64,000 nt of DNA from an uncultured Candidatus Rokubacteria bacterium (GCA_963754315.1 CAVWFS010000020.1:64001-128000); one strand, 5' to 3'. Counted from the stretch's first letter, positions 31,120-41,619 are shown. Notes: a model not told the origin generated them from the letters alone. Translations and numbers: made by a program.

Positions 31120-32076
31120 TCACCGGATCGCGATCGGTGTGACCGTCGAGCCCGTTCCGCCCTGGATCTTCAGCGGCTGCATCACGAAGGCGAACTCCTG
31201 CACCTTCTTTGCGGCCAGCTCTTCCAGCCGCATGTTCTCCAGCATGAGGATGCCGTTGACGACGAGCAGGATCTGGTGGACGGGCGCCGAGATTTCCTTG
31301 TCGGGGTTCGGAAAGACCTCCAGCGGCCAGTTGTCCGCGCCGACCAGCATCGGATCCTGCTTGGCGAGCCACTCGGCCGCCGTCACGCCGATCCCCGGAC
31401 AGCTCTTTCCGTACCGGGCGTTGTCCTTGCCCCACAGCTTGCCCCAGCCCGTGTGGATGACCACCGCGTCGCCGGGCTGCAGTTTCAGGTTCTGACGCTG
31501 GAGCGCCTGCTCGAGATCCTGGACGGTGATCTCGTAGGTGTCCGGCAGCATGTCCACGCCCTTCAGCCCGGCCACGTCGATCAGCACGCCGCGCGTGATG
31601 AGCGCGCCGATCTTGTCGACGCCGAACTTGGTGAATCCTCCGCGGCTCGAGATGTCGTCGACTTTGGCGCAGTTGTAAATCTTGTCCTCGATCGTCTGGT
31701 GGGGGAAGACATCGAGCTGGGTGCCTACCTGACCGAGCTCGGTGACCACCAACTCTTCGTTGCTCGCCCGCCGGTTCGATACCTGGTTCATGAACGTGCG
31801 CTTGGTGTGGACGTCGAAGCGCCGGGTGCCGACGAGCGGGATCGAGGAATTGAGGACATGGCCGAGCTCGATCACTTCGCCCGTCTTGATGAGCCGGGTC
31901 GCCCGCAGCACCGACTCGGGTTTCATGTGGTTCGCCGACCCGCGCTCGTCGCTGGCGCCCCACTTCGAGGGACAGCGCTGGCTCTCGGTGGGCGGGCGCC
32001 AGGACGGGCTCTGGGCGGCGGCGGTCGAAAGACCGAGTGTCAGGACGACGGCGATGCCGATGACGATGGACCGCAT
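31120..32076 (-). CDS. Secreted cyclase family (kynurenine formamidase-like) protein
   Basis: Signal peptide; WGASDERG, QVGTQLD..H, TRGVLID, HTGWG, VGADN, LENM. Confidence 0.85.
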   Translation of the reverse strand: MRSIVIGIAVVLTLGLSTAAAQSPSWRPPTESQRCPSKWGASDERGSANHMKPESVLRATRLIKTGEVIELGHVLNSSIPLVGTRRFDVHTKRTFMNQVSNRRASNEELVVTELGQVGTQLDVFPHQTIEDKIYNCAKVDDISSRGGFTKFGVDKIGALITRGVLIDVAGLKGVDMLPDTYEITVQDLEQALQRQNLKLQPGDAVVIHTGWGKLWGKDNARYGKSCPGIGVTAAEWLAKQDPMLVGADNWPLEVFPNPDKEISAPVHQILLVVNGILMLENMRLEELAAKKVQEFAFVMQPLKIQGGTGSTVTPIAIR

Positions 32077-32093
32077 GGGATTCCTCCTCTAGG

Positions 32094-32255
32094 TCAGGCG
32101 ATCGTGATGATGCCCGGCTCGACCGGCTTGAACCGGTCGGCGACCTGCGAGTCGTGGCCCGCGATGACGAGCTTGGCGGAGCCCGCGGCCGGTCCATGGT
32201 CTCGAAGGCCGTGAGCATCTCCGGCAAGCTCGTGATGATCTGGATCGGGTGAATG
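32094..32255 (-). pseudogene. C-terminal remnant of an N-acyl homoserine lactonase-like metallo-hydrolase
   Basis: PIQIITSLPEMLTAFETMDR, frameshift, AGSAKLVIAGHDSQVADRFKPVEPGIITIA; no 5' part present. Confidence 0.55.
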
Positions 32256-32275
32256 CGCGTTACCGGTTGGACACG

Positions 32276-33397
32276 TCACGCGTCGAACTCGTAGAGCCGC
32301 GCGACATTGAGGGCAGTGATCCGAAGCCGCTCGTCGCGCGGCACTCCTTCCAGGATGCGCTCGAGGATGATCCGGGAGCGCGGGAAGGTGGACTCGGTGT
32401 GCGGGTAGTCCGACCCCCACATGAGGCCGTCCACGCCGATCAGGGACCGGTCGCGGATGCCCATCGCGTCTTCCTGGAAGCTCAGGAAGGTGTTGCGCCG
32501 GAAGAAGTCGCTGGGCAACGCGTCGCCGCGGTAGCGGTGCCAGTGGGCCCGGCGGGCCCGCTGCGTGTAGGTGTAGTCGAGGCGGTCGAGGAAGAAGGGT
32601 ACCCAGGCCAGCTCGTGCTCGGCCGAGCCGACGCGCAGTCCGGGGTATCGCTCGAAGACGCCTGCCAGGATAAGGTGGCCGAGCGAGACGCGCACCCAGT
32701 AGTCGGCGGTGGCGAGCAGCGCGGGGCGCGACGTGCGATTGCTCTCTGCGACCACGTACGGGGCGGGACGATTCGTGTCGATGTGCAGGCTGATCGGCAT
32801 CCCCAGATCCTGGGCGGCCGCCCAGAACGGCTCGTACATCGCGTGGTCGTAACTTCGTTCTTCGGGCGGCGCTACCGTGATCATGCCGCCGGCCAGCCCG
32901 AGCCCGTGCACGCGCGTGAGCTCACGAACCGCCTCGTCCACCTCCTCGATGTTGATGAGGGCGATCCCCCGCAAGCGCTTGGGAGCTGTCCGGCAGAAGT
33001 CGGCAAGCCAGTCGTTGTAGGCGCGGAAGCAGGCGGACAGGAGACCGATGTCGGGAACGCGGAAGAGCTGAAGTCCGGCGGTGGGGTAGATGACCGAGCC
33101 CCAGATCCCGTCCTGCTCGTTCTCCCGCAGGAACTCCGCCGGCTGGTAGGCCCCCGGTCGGACTTCGGAGAAGCGCGCGGCCGGGCGGAGCTCGTCAGCG
33201 TGCTCGAAGCGCTTGCCCACCTGGGCGCCGCCCTGAAAGGAGTTTCCGCGCGTGCCGTCGATGATCCACCAATCGGCATCCGGCTCGCTCACCACGCGCG
33301 GCGCCCGGTGGCGGAAAGACCGGTCCATGCGTTCCGCCCACAGATCGGGTGGCTCGACGACGTGCGAATCAGACGAGATCAGCTTCCAGTCGAGCAT
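32276..33397 (-). CDS. Amidohydrolase family protein
   Basis: ISSDSHVVEP, AYNDWLADFC, SLH, MWGSDYPH. Confidence 0.9.
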   Translation of the reverse strand: MLDWKLISSDSHVVEPPDLWAERMDRSFRHRAPRVVSEPDADWWIIDGTRGNSFQGGAQVGKRFEHADELRPAARFSEVRPGAYQPAEFLRENEQDGIWGSVIYPTAGLQLFRVPDIGLLSACFRAYNDWLADFCRTAPKRLRGIALINIEEVDEAVRELTRVHGLGLAGGMITVAPPEERSYDHAMYEPFWAAAQDLGMPISLHIDTNRPAPYVVAESNRTSRPALLATADYWVRVSLGHLILAGVFERYPGLRVGSAEHELAWVPFFLDRLDYTYTQRARRAHWHRYRGDALPSDFFRRNTFLSFQEDAMGIRDRSLIGVDGLMWGSDYPHTESTFPRSRIILERILEGVPRDERLRITALNVARLYEFDA

Positions 33398-33425
33398 GCC
33401 CGCCCCTCCCTGGTAGTCGGTTGTC

Positions 33426-34994
33426 TTACCGGGCCTTCTTAAGGCGCACCTCCTCGAGGGGCGCTGACCACGGATAGGGGTTGATCAGCAGCAGCGCAGG
33501 TTCCTCCACGCGCGGCCCGATACCGCTGGGCCAGATGAAGTCGAAGATGGGGGCGAAGCGCACGCGATCGTAGAGGATCTGCTGGATCTGATGCAGCAAG
33601 GCCTCGCGCTTCTTGCGGTCGGTCTCCACGGCCTGCTGCTTGTAGAGGAGGTCGACGTCGGGCCAGCCGCCGTACGCATAGGTTCCGTCGGTGGGCACGA
33701 CCTCGGACATTCGGGTGGCGGCGTTGCCGTACAGCGCGGGGCCGCAGACGCATACGCCTTTCAGCTTCTTCGCCGCCCACGCGGACAGGAAGGTCGCGCG
33801 TTCCATGGGCCGCATCCGGAGCTTGATTCCCAGGGCCCCGAGATAGTTCATGACCGCTTCGCCGCGCGCAAAGAACGGAGGCGTCACGTGGAGCTCGCCG
33901 CCGTCGAACCCGTTGGGGTAGCCCGCTTCGGCCATCAGTTGCTTGGCCTTCACGGGGTCGTAGGGATAAGGGTCGATCGGCAGCGCGAACTCGAAGGTGC
34001 GAGGGATGATGTTCCCCGCTGGCTTCGAGGCTCCCAGCGTCTCGATCTCGGAGAGCCCACGGCGATCGAGAGCGTAGTTCGCGGCCAGCCGCACCCGCCG
34101 GTCGTGCCAGGGAGATTTGGGGTCCCACATGTCGAGGAAGTCGATGGCGGCGGTACCGATGCCCCCGGAAAACGCCAGCCGCAGCGACGGATCCTTCTGG
34201 AGCTCCAGGGCCTGGGGGGCGTCGAGCATGTAGGCGATATCGACCTCACCCCGCTTGAGCATGGCGGCCCGGGTGGTGGGATCCGGGGCGACCTTGAAGA
34301 CCAGCCGCTTGACCGAGGGCATCTTGCGCCAGTAGCCCTCATAGGCTTCCATGATCAGCTCGACACCGAGCGTGTGGCTCACGAAGCGGTACGGGCCGAG
34401 CCCGATCGGGTGCTTCTTGAAGGCCTCGTCACCGACCTTTTCGATGTGCTTCTTGGGGACAATCCAGCCGGCGCCGGTGGTCAGGGTTCCGTAGAAGACC
34501 ATGAAATCGGGGAAGGGCTCGTGAAGATGGAACCGTACCCGGTAAGGGTCGACAATCGCGATCTCGCGCACCTTCTCCTTGAGGATCCTGGCGCCCTTGT
34601 TGCGCTGGAAGCTGAACTTCACGTCCTCGGCCGTGAAGGGGTCGCCGTTGTGGAACTTCAAGCCCTCGCGCAGCTTGAACTCGATGGTCTTCTGATCGGC
34701 GCTCACTGTCCATGACTCGGCGAGGCTCGGCGTCATGAGATTGCCCGGCATGGGTTTCACGAGCGCGTCGTGCATCGCGTAGAGGAACCAGAAGGGGTTG
34801 ATGTTGCCCAGCACCTCGCCCGGATCGAACCACTGTGGCGCCATCGTCACGTAGATGGCCCAGCGCATCTCCCCGTCGGGCTTGGCGGCGGGCGGGGCTT
34901 TCGTCTGGGCCGCGACCTCGGTGACGGGAGCGCAGGCGAGCAGGACGGATAGCAGGCCGGAGACGGCCAGGGCGAGGCGCCGAGCGAGGTCCAT
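33426..34994 (-). CDS. Family 5 (peptide/nickel) ABC solute-binding protein
   Basis: LAESW, LREGLKFHNGDPFTAEDVKFS, GLGPYRF, AGYPNGF; signal peptide. Confidence 0.9.
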   Translation of the reverse strand: MDLARRLALAVSGLLSVLLACAPVTEVAAQTKAPPAAKPDGEMRWAIYVTMAPQWFDPGEVLGNINPFWFLYAMHDALVKPMPGNLMTPSLAESWTVSADQKTIEFKLREGLKFHNGDPFTAEDVKFSFQRNKGARILKEKVREIAIVDPYRVRFHLHEPFPDFMVFYGTLTTGAGWIVPKKHIEKVGDEAFKKHPIGLGPYRFVSHTLGVELIMEAYEGYWRKMPSVKRLVFKVAPDPTTRAAMLKRGEVDIAYMLDAPQALELQKDPSLRLAFSGGIGTAAIDFLDMWDPKSPWHDRRVRLAANYALDRRGLSEIETLGASKPAGNIIPRTFEFALPIDPYPYDPVKAKQLMAEAGYPNGFDGGELHVTPPFFARGEAVMNYLGALGIKLRMRPMERATFLSAWAAKKLKGVCVCGPALYGNAATRMSEVVPTDGTYAYGGWPDVDLLYKQQAVETDRKKREALLHQIQQILYDRVRFAPIFDFIWPSGIGPRVEEPALLLINPYPWSAPLEEVRLKKAR

Positions 34995-35123
34995 GGTCCC
35001 CTCCATCTTGAGGGCGGACAGGTCGGGTCGGTGCGCGGACGATAGCTCGGCCAGGGCGATTCCGTCAATTGGTACTCGAAATCCACCGAATCCTCTCCGT
35101 CTCCTCGCTACCGCTCGAGCGAA

Positions 35124-36983
35124 CTATCGCTTGAGGCCCTCCAGCACCTGGAGGGCCAGCTCGTAGCGGCCAAGAGGCGGCATGAGGTAGGCGCCCTGAA
35201 CGCGGTCGCGGACAGCGAAGAGCATCTCGCGGGCGATCTTGACACCCTCCTGGCGGGCGGCCTCGCCCCCCGGTGTCTTGCGCATCCGCTCGCGTATTGC
35301 TTCGGGAATCTGCATGCCGGGGACCTCGTTGTGAAGGAACTCGGCATTCTTGTAGCTGACCAGGGGGAGCACTCCCACCAGGACCGGAAGCTCCAGGTGC
35401 TCGATGCGACGCAGGACCGTCTCGAGCAGCTCGGTCTGGAAGATGGGCTGAGTCATCACCAGCTCGGCGCCGGCTTCTTTCTTCCTCTCCAGCCGGTGGA
35501 TCTCCTTGTCGAGGTCCGCGGCGCCCGGCTCGAGGCCGGTGGCGAGAAGGAACGCCGTCTTGCCGCCGGGCAACGGCTTGCCGGCGGGATCGACCCCGCG
35601 GTTCATGTTGGAGGCCATCTGGAGGAGGCCGATGGCGTCGAGGTCGTACACGGCGGTGGCCTCGGGGTAATCGCCGACCTTGGGCGGATCGCCGGTGATG
35701 ATGACCAGGTTGCGGATCCCGATGGCGTGCGCGCCGAGCAGATGCGCCATCTGACCGAGCAGATTCCGGTCGCGGCCGCACACGTGCAGGATCGGCTGGA
35801 TCCTGTAGCGTTCGAGCAGGAGCGAGCAGAAGGCGATGTTCGACATGCGGGCCATCGCCCGCGGCGCGTCGGCGACGTTGACGATGTCGACGCCGCTGTC
35901 GAGGAGCATCTTGGCCCCCTCGAGGGCGCGCGAGGGGTCGAGGCCGGGCGCCGGGTTGACCTCGACGGACACCACGAACTTCCCCGCCGCGACCTTGGCC
36001 GCGAAGGCGCTCCGCTCGGCCAGCGGCGTCGGCTGGAGCAGGGGCACGGCCTGGGCCGCTGTGACCGTGCTCACGCGGGTCATTTCGGCGAGCCGGTCGC
36101 CGAGCATGCGTCCCGACTTGGCCATCCAGCGCACGTGCTCGGGCGTCGTGCCGCAGCAGCCGCCGATCATGGTGGCGCCGAGCTGGATCGTGCGCCGGGC
36201 GAAGACGTCGAAGTACTCGGGGGTCGCCATGTAGAGGAGACGGCCGTCCACGGTGCGCGGCAGGCCGGCGTTCGGCTGCACGCAGAGGGGAAGTCCCGCG
36301 CCGCGCATGCGCTCGGTGATGGAGACGGCGATCTGCGGCCCGTCGCAGCAGTTCACGCCGATGGCGTCCGCACCCCAGTCGCGCAAGGTCGCGGCCACGT
36401 GTTCGGGGGTCGACCCGTCGGCCACGGTCTCGCCGGGATCGAACGCCATGGACGCGACGATGGGCGTCCCCTGAGATGCCTTGCGCGCCGCCTCCAGCGC
36501 GATGCGGATCTCCTCCAGGTGCCGGAAGGTCTCGAGCACGAGTAGGTCGGCTCCGCCCTCGACCAGCGCGGCGGCCTGCTCGGCGAAGGTCAGGAAGGCG
36601 AGATCGAGCTCGGCCTGGCTTGCCACGCCGGGGACGAGCCCGGAGGGACCCACTGACCCCGCCACCCACACGTCGTCACCGGCGGCCTCGCGCGCCAGCC
36701 GAGCGCCGGCAAGGTTGTAGGCGTGGACCTGGTCGCCCAAGCCGTGGCGATCGAGGCGGAAGCAATTGGCCCCGAACGTGTTGGTCTCGATGACCTGGGC
36801 GCCCGCGGCGACGTAGTCCTCGTGAATCTTTCGGACGACCTCCGGCCGCGAGACGTTCAGCTGCTCGAAGTTCTGGGTGACGAAGATGCCGCGCTCGTAG
36901 AGCAGCGACCCCATCGCCCCGTCGAACACCAGCAGCGACCTCATCGCCTCCCGGAACGATGTTTCCCGGCGCCGGGGAGTCAT
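35124..36983 (-). CDS. yitJ: Bifunctional homocysteine S-methyltransferase / methylenetetrahydrofolate reductase
   Basis: FDGAMG, ETNTFGAN, GVNC, GGCCGT, then MTHFR motifs ITGDPP, TQPIF, HNEVPG. Confidence 0.88.
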   Translation of the reverse strand: MTPRRRETSFREAMRSLLVFDGAMGSLLYERGIFVTQNFEQLNVSRPEVVRKIHEDYVAAGAQVIETNTFGANCFRLDRHGLGDQVHAYNLAGARLAREAAGDDVWVAGSVGPSGLVPGVASQAELDLAFLTFAEQAAALVEGGADLLVLETFRHLEEIRIALEAARKASQGTPIVASMAFDPGETVADGSTPEHVAATLRDWGADAIGVNCCDGPQIAVSITERMRGAGLPLCVQPNAGLPRTVDGRLLYMATPEYFDVFARRTIQLGATMIGGCCGTTPEHVRWMAKSGRMLGDRLAEMTRVSTVTAAQAVPLLQPTPLAERSAFAAKVAAGKFVVSVEVNPAPGLDPSRALEGAKMLLDSGVDIVNVADAPRAMARMSNIAFCSLLLERYRIQPILHVCGRDRNLLGQMAHLLGAHAIGIRNLVIITGDPPKVGDYPEATAVYDLDAIGLLQMASNMNRGVDPAGKPLPGGKTAFLLATGLEPGAADLDKEIHRLERKKEAGAELVMTQPIFQTELLETVLRRIEHLELPVLVGVLPLVSYKNAEFLHNEVPGMQIPEAIRERMRKTPGGEAARQEGVKIAREMLFAVRDRVQGAYLMPPLGRYELALQVLEGLKR

Positions 36984-37159
36984 GGCTGCTGCCTATCTTA
37001 CTCCCGACCCCTTCCGGCGGCCGCGAAGAGCCGCAGACGGAGGTTGTCGTTCGGGAGGAGCGGAAATCGACGTCCGTGGGGCGAGGAGCGGCCCCGGATC
37101 ATTGTCGGATATCGTCGATCTGCAACACGCCCGCCGTCACGGCCCGGACCCGGCGGCAC

Positions 37160-37715
37160 AGAGCCTGGTCAGGGCGCCATAGTTCACATCCGTACCGGTC
37201 AGCATGCGCGTGGCGGCAACATCCTCGCCTGGATCACGGCCTTCCATGACCAGCGGGATCTACTTCTGAATGTGCTTCCGGTCATCCGAGTATTCCATTC
37301 CGCGATAGCAGTGATGGGCGGAGAGCGCGGCGAAGCGCCTCTGAAGAAAGGCGACATTCTGCCCTCCGCGCACAAAACTGAAGTGGGGTACGGGATGAAT
37401 GAAGGATCGCGGGTCGGCGATCGCGCCCTTTTTCACCAGATAGGCCCAGAACTGGCGGGAGAGATCGAACTCGGTGTTGACCTCCAGGGCCTTGGAAATG
37501 TCCACGCTCCCGTCAGGGTGCTCGGGAGTGTAGTTCAGCTCACAGAGCGCGGCGTGGCCGGTGCCGGCGTTGTTCCACGCGTTCGAGCTTTCCTGGGCCT
37601 CGCTGCCCAGCACTTCGTAGACCTCGATGTTCAGCCGCGGATCGAGCTCCTTCAGGATGACGGCCAGGGTCGCGCTCATGATGCCAGCGCCGACCAGAAC
37701 GACATCAGGATGGTT
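37160..37715 (-). pseudogene. mqo: Malate:quinone oxidoreductase N-terminal fragment
   Basis: [37 protein letters not shown]; in-frame TAG (37260-37262) before IPLVMEGR; similarity ends after [11 protein letters not shown]; no clear start codon. Confidence 0.85.
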
Positions 37716-37819
37716 GAGCCGGACACGGCCGTTTCCTAGGGGCGCCGCCGCTCGGTGACGTCAGGGACACGTATCATCCGGGCACGGGGATCGGAGGCGC
37801 CAGGAGGGCGCGGATCGAC

Positions 37820-38193
37820 TCAGCGGAACTTCTGGCCGCTCGCCGAGTAGGTCACACCGCCCTCCTCGATGCTCCCGTCACCTGTCCATCGACGATGGTC
37901 ACATTGATCGAGCCGTACTGGGGCCCTCAGGGTCGAGGAGCGTTGCCTGGATGGAGTTGCGACCGACTCCCGCGAGCTGCGCAGATCCGAAGACGAAGAA
38001 CCCCTCCGGGAAGAGGAGGGCCAGCGCGACGTCCGTGTCGTTCTGGATGATGACGAGAAACGAGGTCAGTGGCTCCCTGGCCGGGACTGGTCTGCGAGAT
38101 CTGGTAGGCGCCGTCGAGGGGGCCCACGGCGAATGCGGGAGCGCAGGCCACGAGAAGGAAGAGGATCGCCACACCCACCACACGCTTTGTCAT
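37820..38193 (-). pseudogene. Small secreted hypothetical protein with about three frameshifts
   Basis: Signal peptide MTKRVVGVAILFLLVACAPAFA with GGAGG RBS; plausible coding continues across frames to VTYSASGQKFR-stop. Confidence 0.5.
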
Positions 38194-38282
38194 GATGAAC
38201 CTCCCATCGGGCTCTCTTGACGGAACACCGTTCTCAGCACAGCACCTGAAGGGCCAGATCTTAGCGACGACCTCACAGGCTG

Positions 38283-38315
38283 AGGTCGCAGCTTCGATCC
38301 CTGCTCCGCCTACTA
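38283..38315 (+). other. Degenerate tRNA 3'-end-like sequence (possible att scar)
   Basis: AGGTC-GCAGC-TTCGATC-CCTGC-TCCGCCT-ACTA resembles variable loop, T-arm and acceptor strand; no 5' half. Confidence 0.4.
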
Positions 38316-38355
38316 GGAAATCAGCGGGTTAGCTCCACGACCTGCGCCCCGAAGA

Positions 38356-38385
38356 GAACGAGGGCGGCGAGCGCCGCCCCCGTTC
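38356..38385 (-). terminator. Hairpin downstream of the 726-aa gene
   Basis: GAACGaGGGCGGC-gagc-GCCGCCCcCGTTC, followed by pyrimidines on the minus strand. Confidence 0.45.
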
Positions 38386-38407
38386 CGAACCCCACGCCTA
38401 CCCAGGC

Positions 38408-40588
38408 TCAGTCGAACAGCCCCACGATTGGGCGATTCTCAACCGTCTGGGTGCTGTTGGCATTTTGGTTAGCAGGACCAAAGTAATCGATCGCGCACGG
38501 GCGGGTAAAGGTCGGTGTGCAGTCGGTCGTGACGAAAGTGGAATCGGTGCGCGCGAAGACCTCAATATGTAGGGTGCCCTGCGCGGGGACTAGATCCAAG
38601 GTCCACCAGGTGAATGGTTGGGGCTGGTCTGCGTCTTTCCTTGCTTTCTTCGACACACTGCTCGTTGACAGTGGCTGGCCGGGCTCGAGCGCCAAGATGC
38701 GGACGGCAGCGTTGGTATTCGTCAAACCGGCGTTCCCAACTGGTATCGGTCGATCGTAGAAACTGACGAGCGCTGCCTCACCGGCGATCGCAGCGAGGGC
38801 CGGCGCGGATGAGAATGACGGGAGCTTGTCGATGTAGATGACGTCGAGCGCACCAGGAGGGATGTTTATGTCGGGGCCGCCGAACTCCTCTATCGCAGTA
38901 TACTGCAGGGCCAGCGTGTTCTGCTGGGCAAAGAAGTCATGGTCGGTGCACTCATCGTAGTAGTCGTGGACATTTTTCGCCTGATTCGCGATGATCGGCT
39001 GGCAGTCCGAGTCGACCGTGTCGCTGCTCGCCTCCAGGCAGGTCTTCAGATTCTTGAGCACGGTTTTCCTATCGGACGAGTAGATCTGCAGCAGGCGGTC
39101 CAGATAGCTCGCCTTAAGATCGAGAACCGTCCCCGGATTGAACGAGGGCACCTTCGTGAGGAGGCCGCTCAGAAGCTTGACGCGATTGACCAGCGTCGCC
39201 AACTGATTCGCCAGCGACACGTAGTCCTCCAGCTGCGCCTTATACTTGCGGAGGACGTCGCTAATCTGGTCGACGGGAACGTGGGCCGTGACCGCCCCCG
39301 GGATCGTCGCCCCGGCGACGCCGCTGGGAAACGGGTAGAGAAAGCTGAGGTCGAGGGTGGTCGCGCTGCTCAGGGCGTCGACCTGTTTGTGGAAGGCGGC
39401 CAAGGCGTCGGCGGCCCCCTGTCCCATGCTGGACACGAATTTGGAGCACCCCTGGGCATCGCCTTGTTGGCAGAGCACGTAGAACGACGGCTGGCCTTGA
39501 TCTTTGGCGTTGAAGGCCTTCAGGAGAGCGTTCGAGGCGTCGGCTCCCCCGCCGTGTTTAGTCATGGTGACCGTGAAGTAGGAGGTGGAGTCGTCGGACT
39601 TCTTGGCGGTGTCCACCGCCGCGGTAAGACTGTCGAGCCCGAAGCTCAGGGAGAACTGGTTGGAAATCTCCGTCGTCGTAGACTCCGACGAAGAACCGTA
39701 GTCGATGCTGATCGTCACGAGGATGCCCACTGGCATCGAGGCCAAGTACGCAGTGCCGCAGAGCGTATCGAACGTCTCATCGTCCTGATGTTCCAGGCCC
39801 TGGTCGTTGAGCGCATTCGGCCTTCCGTTAGTGGTGCCGGAGGGGACCGTGCTGTTCAGCGTATAGAGCGAGTAGAGATTGAAGTACTGATTACTTGAGT
39901 TGGTCGAGCTCTGCCAGGTATCGCTGAAGGAGAAGGTGTCGCTCGCCTCGAGGAAATCAAACGCGACGTTCACCGTGGCCGAGACCTTGAGCTGCTCGGA
40001 GGTGCTACTGGCGGCGTTTTGCGAACTGAAGCTCGCCTGTTCGACGTTGCCGCCCGGCTGGGCGATCGTGTAGTTCAGACACTGGCCCGACGTGGGACCC
40101 GTGGAGCTGTTCCAGCCGATCGCCAGACCCCTGCCGAAGACCGGCATGTCCGTGCTGAGCGTCGTCCCCCGCGGGCGTCTGTCCCTGGCGGGACGGCGGC
40201 CTTCACCAAGCGTCGGCGGCGTCCCCGACGGCGTCGGCCGCCCCGTCAAGATCCCCTCGAGCTCCTCGATCCGTATCCGCAGCTCGCTATCGTTCACCTC
40301 GTCCGGGATGGCGAACTTGACGCCGTACGGGTACGAGTTGACGATCTCCCGGCCGGTCACCGTCTCGATCTGACGGACCGAGCGGACCGCGCCGTTGTCC
40401 GCCAGCCGCACCACAAAGTAGTGCGGCACGTCGGCAAATATCAGCTGATCGCAGAACCGCTGGATCTCCTTGCTCAGCTTCGGCTGCAGACATTCTTCGG
40501 GTACGTGCGCCGCGGCGGGCCCGGCCAGACCGGCGTGGAGCATAAGCGCAGCAGCGCCCGCCAAGATCCTAGTGAGTTTCGTCGTCAT
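38408..40588 (-). CDS. Secreted 726-aa protein with a probable MACPF/CDC-like domain
   Basis: Signal peptide, AGGAG RBS; IGWNSSTG...C; CGTAYLASMPVG resembles the MACPF signature; two Ser/Thr-rich amphipathic segments. ORF is solid, function is inferred. Confidence 0.65.
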   Translation of the reverse strand: MTTKLTRILAGAAALMLHAGLAGPAAAHVPEECLQPKLSKEIQRFCDQLIFADVPHYFVVRLADNGAVRSVRQIETVTGREIVNSYPYGVKFAIPDEVNDSELRIRIEELEGILTGRPTPSGTPPTLGEGRRPARDRRPRGTTLSTDMPVFGRGLAIGWNSSTGPTSGQCLNYTIAQPGGNVEQASFSSQNAASSTSEQLKVSATVNVAFDFLEASDTFSFSDTWQSSTNSSNQYFNLYSLYTLNSTVPSGTTNGRPNALNDQGLEHQDDETFDTLCGTAYLASMPVGILVTISIDYGSSSESTTTEISNQFSLSFGLDSLTAAVDTAKKSDDSTSYFTVTMTKHGGGADASNALLKAFNAKDQGQPSFYVLCQQGDAQGCSKFVSSMGQGAADALAAFHKQVDALSSATTLDLSFLYPFPSGVAGATIPGAVTAHVPVDQISDVLRKYKAQLEDYVSLANQLATLVNRVKLLSGLLTKVPSFNPGTVLDLKASYLDRLLQIYSSDRKTVLKNLKTCLEASSDTVDSDCQPIIANQAKNVHDYYDECTDHDFFAQQNTLALQYTAIEEFGGPDINIPPGALDVIYIDKLPSFSSAPALAAIAGEAALVSFYDRPIPVGNAGLTNTNAAVRILALEPGQPLSTSSVSKKARKDADQPQPFTWWTLDLVPAQGTLHIEVFARTDSTFVTTDCTPTFTRPCAIDYFGPANQNANSTQTVENRPIVGLFD

Positions 40589-40689
40589 CGGCCGTCTCCT
40601 TCCGAGCTCCGTATTCAGGGCACGGTGCTGGGTGATGACTGCTGCGACACGTCCCTCGCGCGCTGTGCCGGGGTCCGGTTAGCCCGCAC

Positions 40690-40975
40690 CCCGTACACCG
40701 CTGTCAGGGACACGATCCTCTCCACCTCGATGGCGACCATCGCGACCGCGCCAGCGCCACCACCTGGGCGTAGAGGATCGCATGTAGTGGTCGAGGGCAG
40801 CCTGGGTCGCGCCACTGCTGGAGCAGGACGAACGTGTTGTCGTCAGCGTCCCGGTACGCGCGACAGCCGTGACAGCCCGGGTGGGCCTCGTGGGCCCTCC
40901 AGCGAACGGAGAGCCTGCAGCACCTCGACCGGATTCGACGCCGGGACCACGACGCGTAACGTGGCTGTCACAATC
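40690..40975 (-). pseudogene. Antibiotic biosynthesis monooxygenase (ABM)-like remnant
   Basis: Across frames: TATLRVVVP...EVLQALRSLEGP / HPGCHGCRAYRDADDNTFVLLQQW / ATQAALDHYMRS. Confidence 0.5.
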
Positions 40976-41619
40976 CCGGTTCGGCCCGTGCCGCTGGGGC
41001 CGATGGCAATCCGAGGAATCGCATACGGGTCAAGACCCTCTGACCTCAATCGCCTTGCCACGGGCGCGGTGCGCCCTCCGAACTCGACGTAAACGCCTGT
41101 CGTGAGTGGAGAATGTCGCGGGCGGGCAGGCGAGGCCCGCCCCGTGGTACACCCCCTCCAATGTCCTGGAGCCCGCCGCCATCTTGGAGTCCTCCCGGGC
41201 GCTTCGACACGGTGTCCGAATGCTCCCTGTCGACGTCGGCTGCCAGGGGCCGCTAGGCCGCCGGCATACAGACGTGCGCGGCATTGTGAGCGCTACGGCA
41301 GTGAGGAGGCGCTCGGGCCGCCAAGGACGGTCTCGATGTGTCCGGTCCCGGGACAGAAGCGTCCGGTCACACACGCAGAACATCGTAGCCGATGTCGCGA
41401 CACCTTGAACAGGGGGTCCAGAAAACAAACAGGAGTGACCAGAAAGGCGACTGTTACGCCAGGATTACACCGCCAGGTGACCATCCTCGCCTCGGGGACA
41501 GTGTGAGTTCGCGGCCAGGCGCGACCAGCGTTTGAATCAGTGTCGTGAGTCGATGACCCCAGTGTTCGAGACGGCGGTCTTGGAGTTCAGATTCGTGTTC
41601 CTCGCCACCAGGTTCTGGA

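Noticed and set aside
36984..37150. SAM riboswitch upstream of yitJ
   Set aside because: No recognisable SAM-I core or terminator by eye; an Rfam scan would be decisive
37260..37262. TAG in mqo as pyrrolysine or readthrough
   Set aside because: The position corresponds to Trp (TGG to TAG) and the gene is truncated about 100 bp later, so it is a pseudogene
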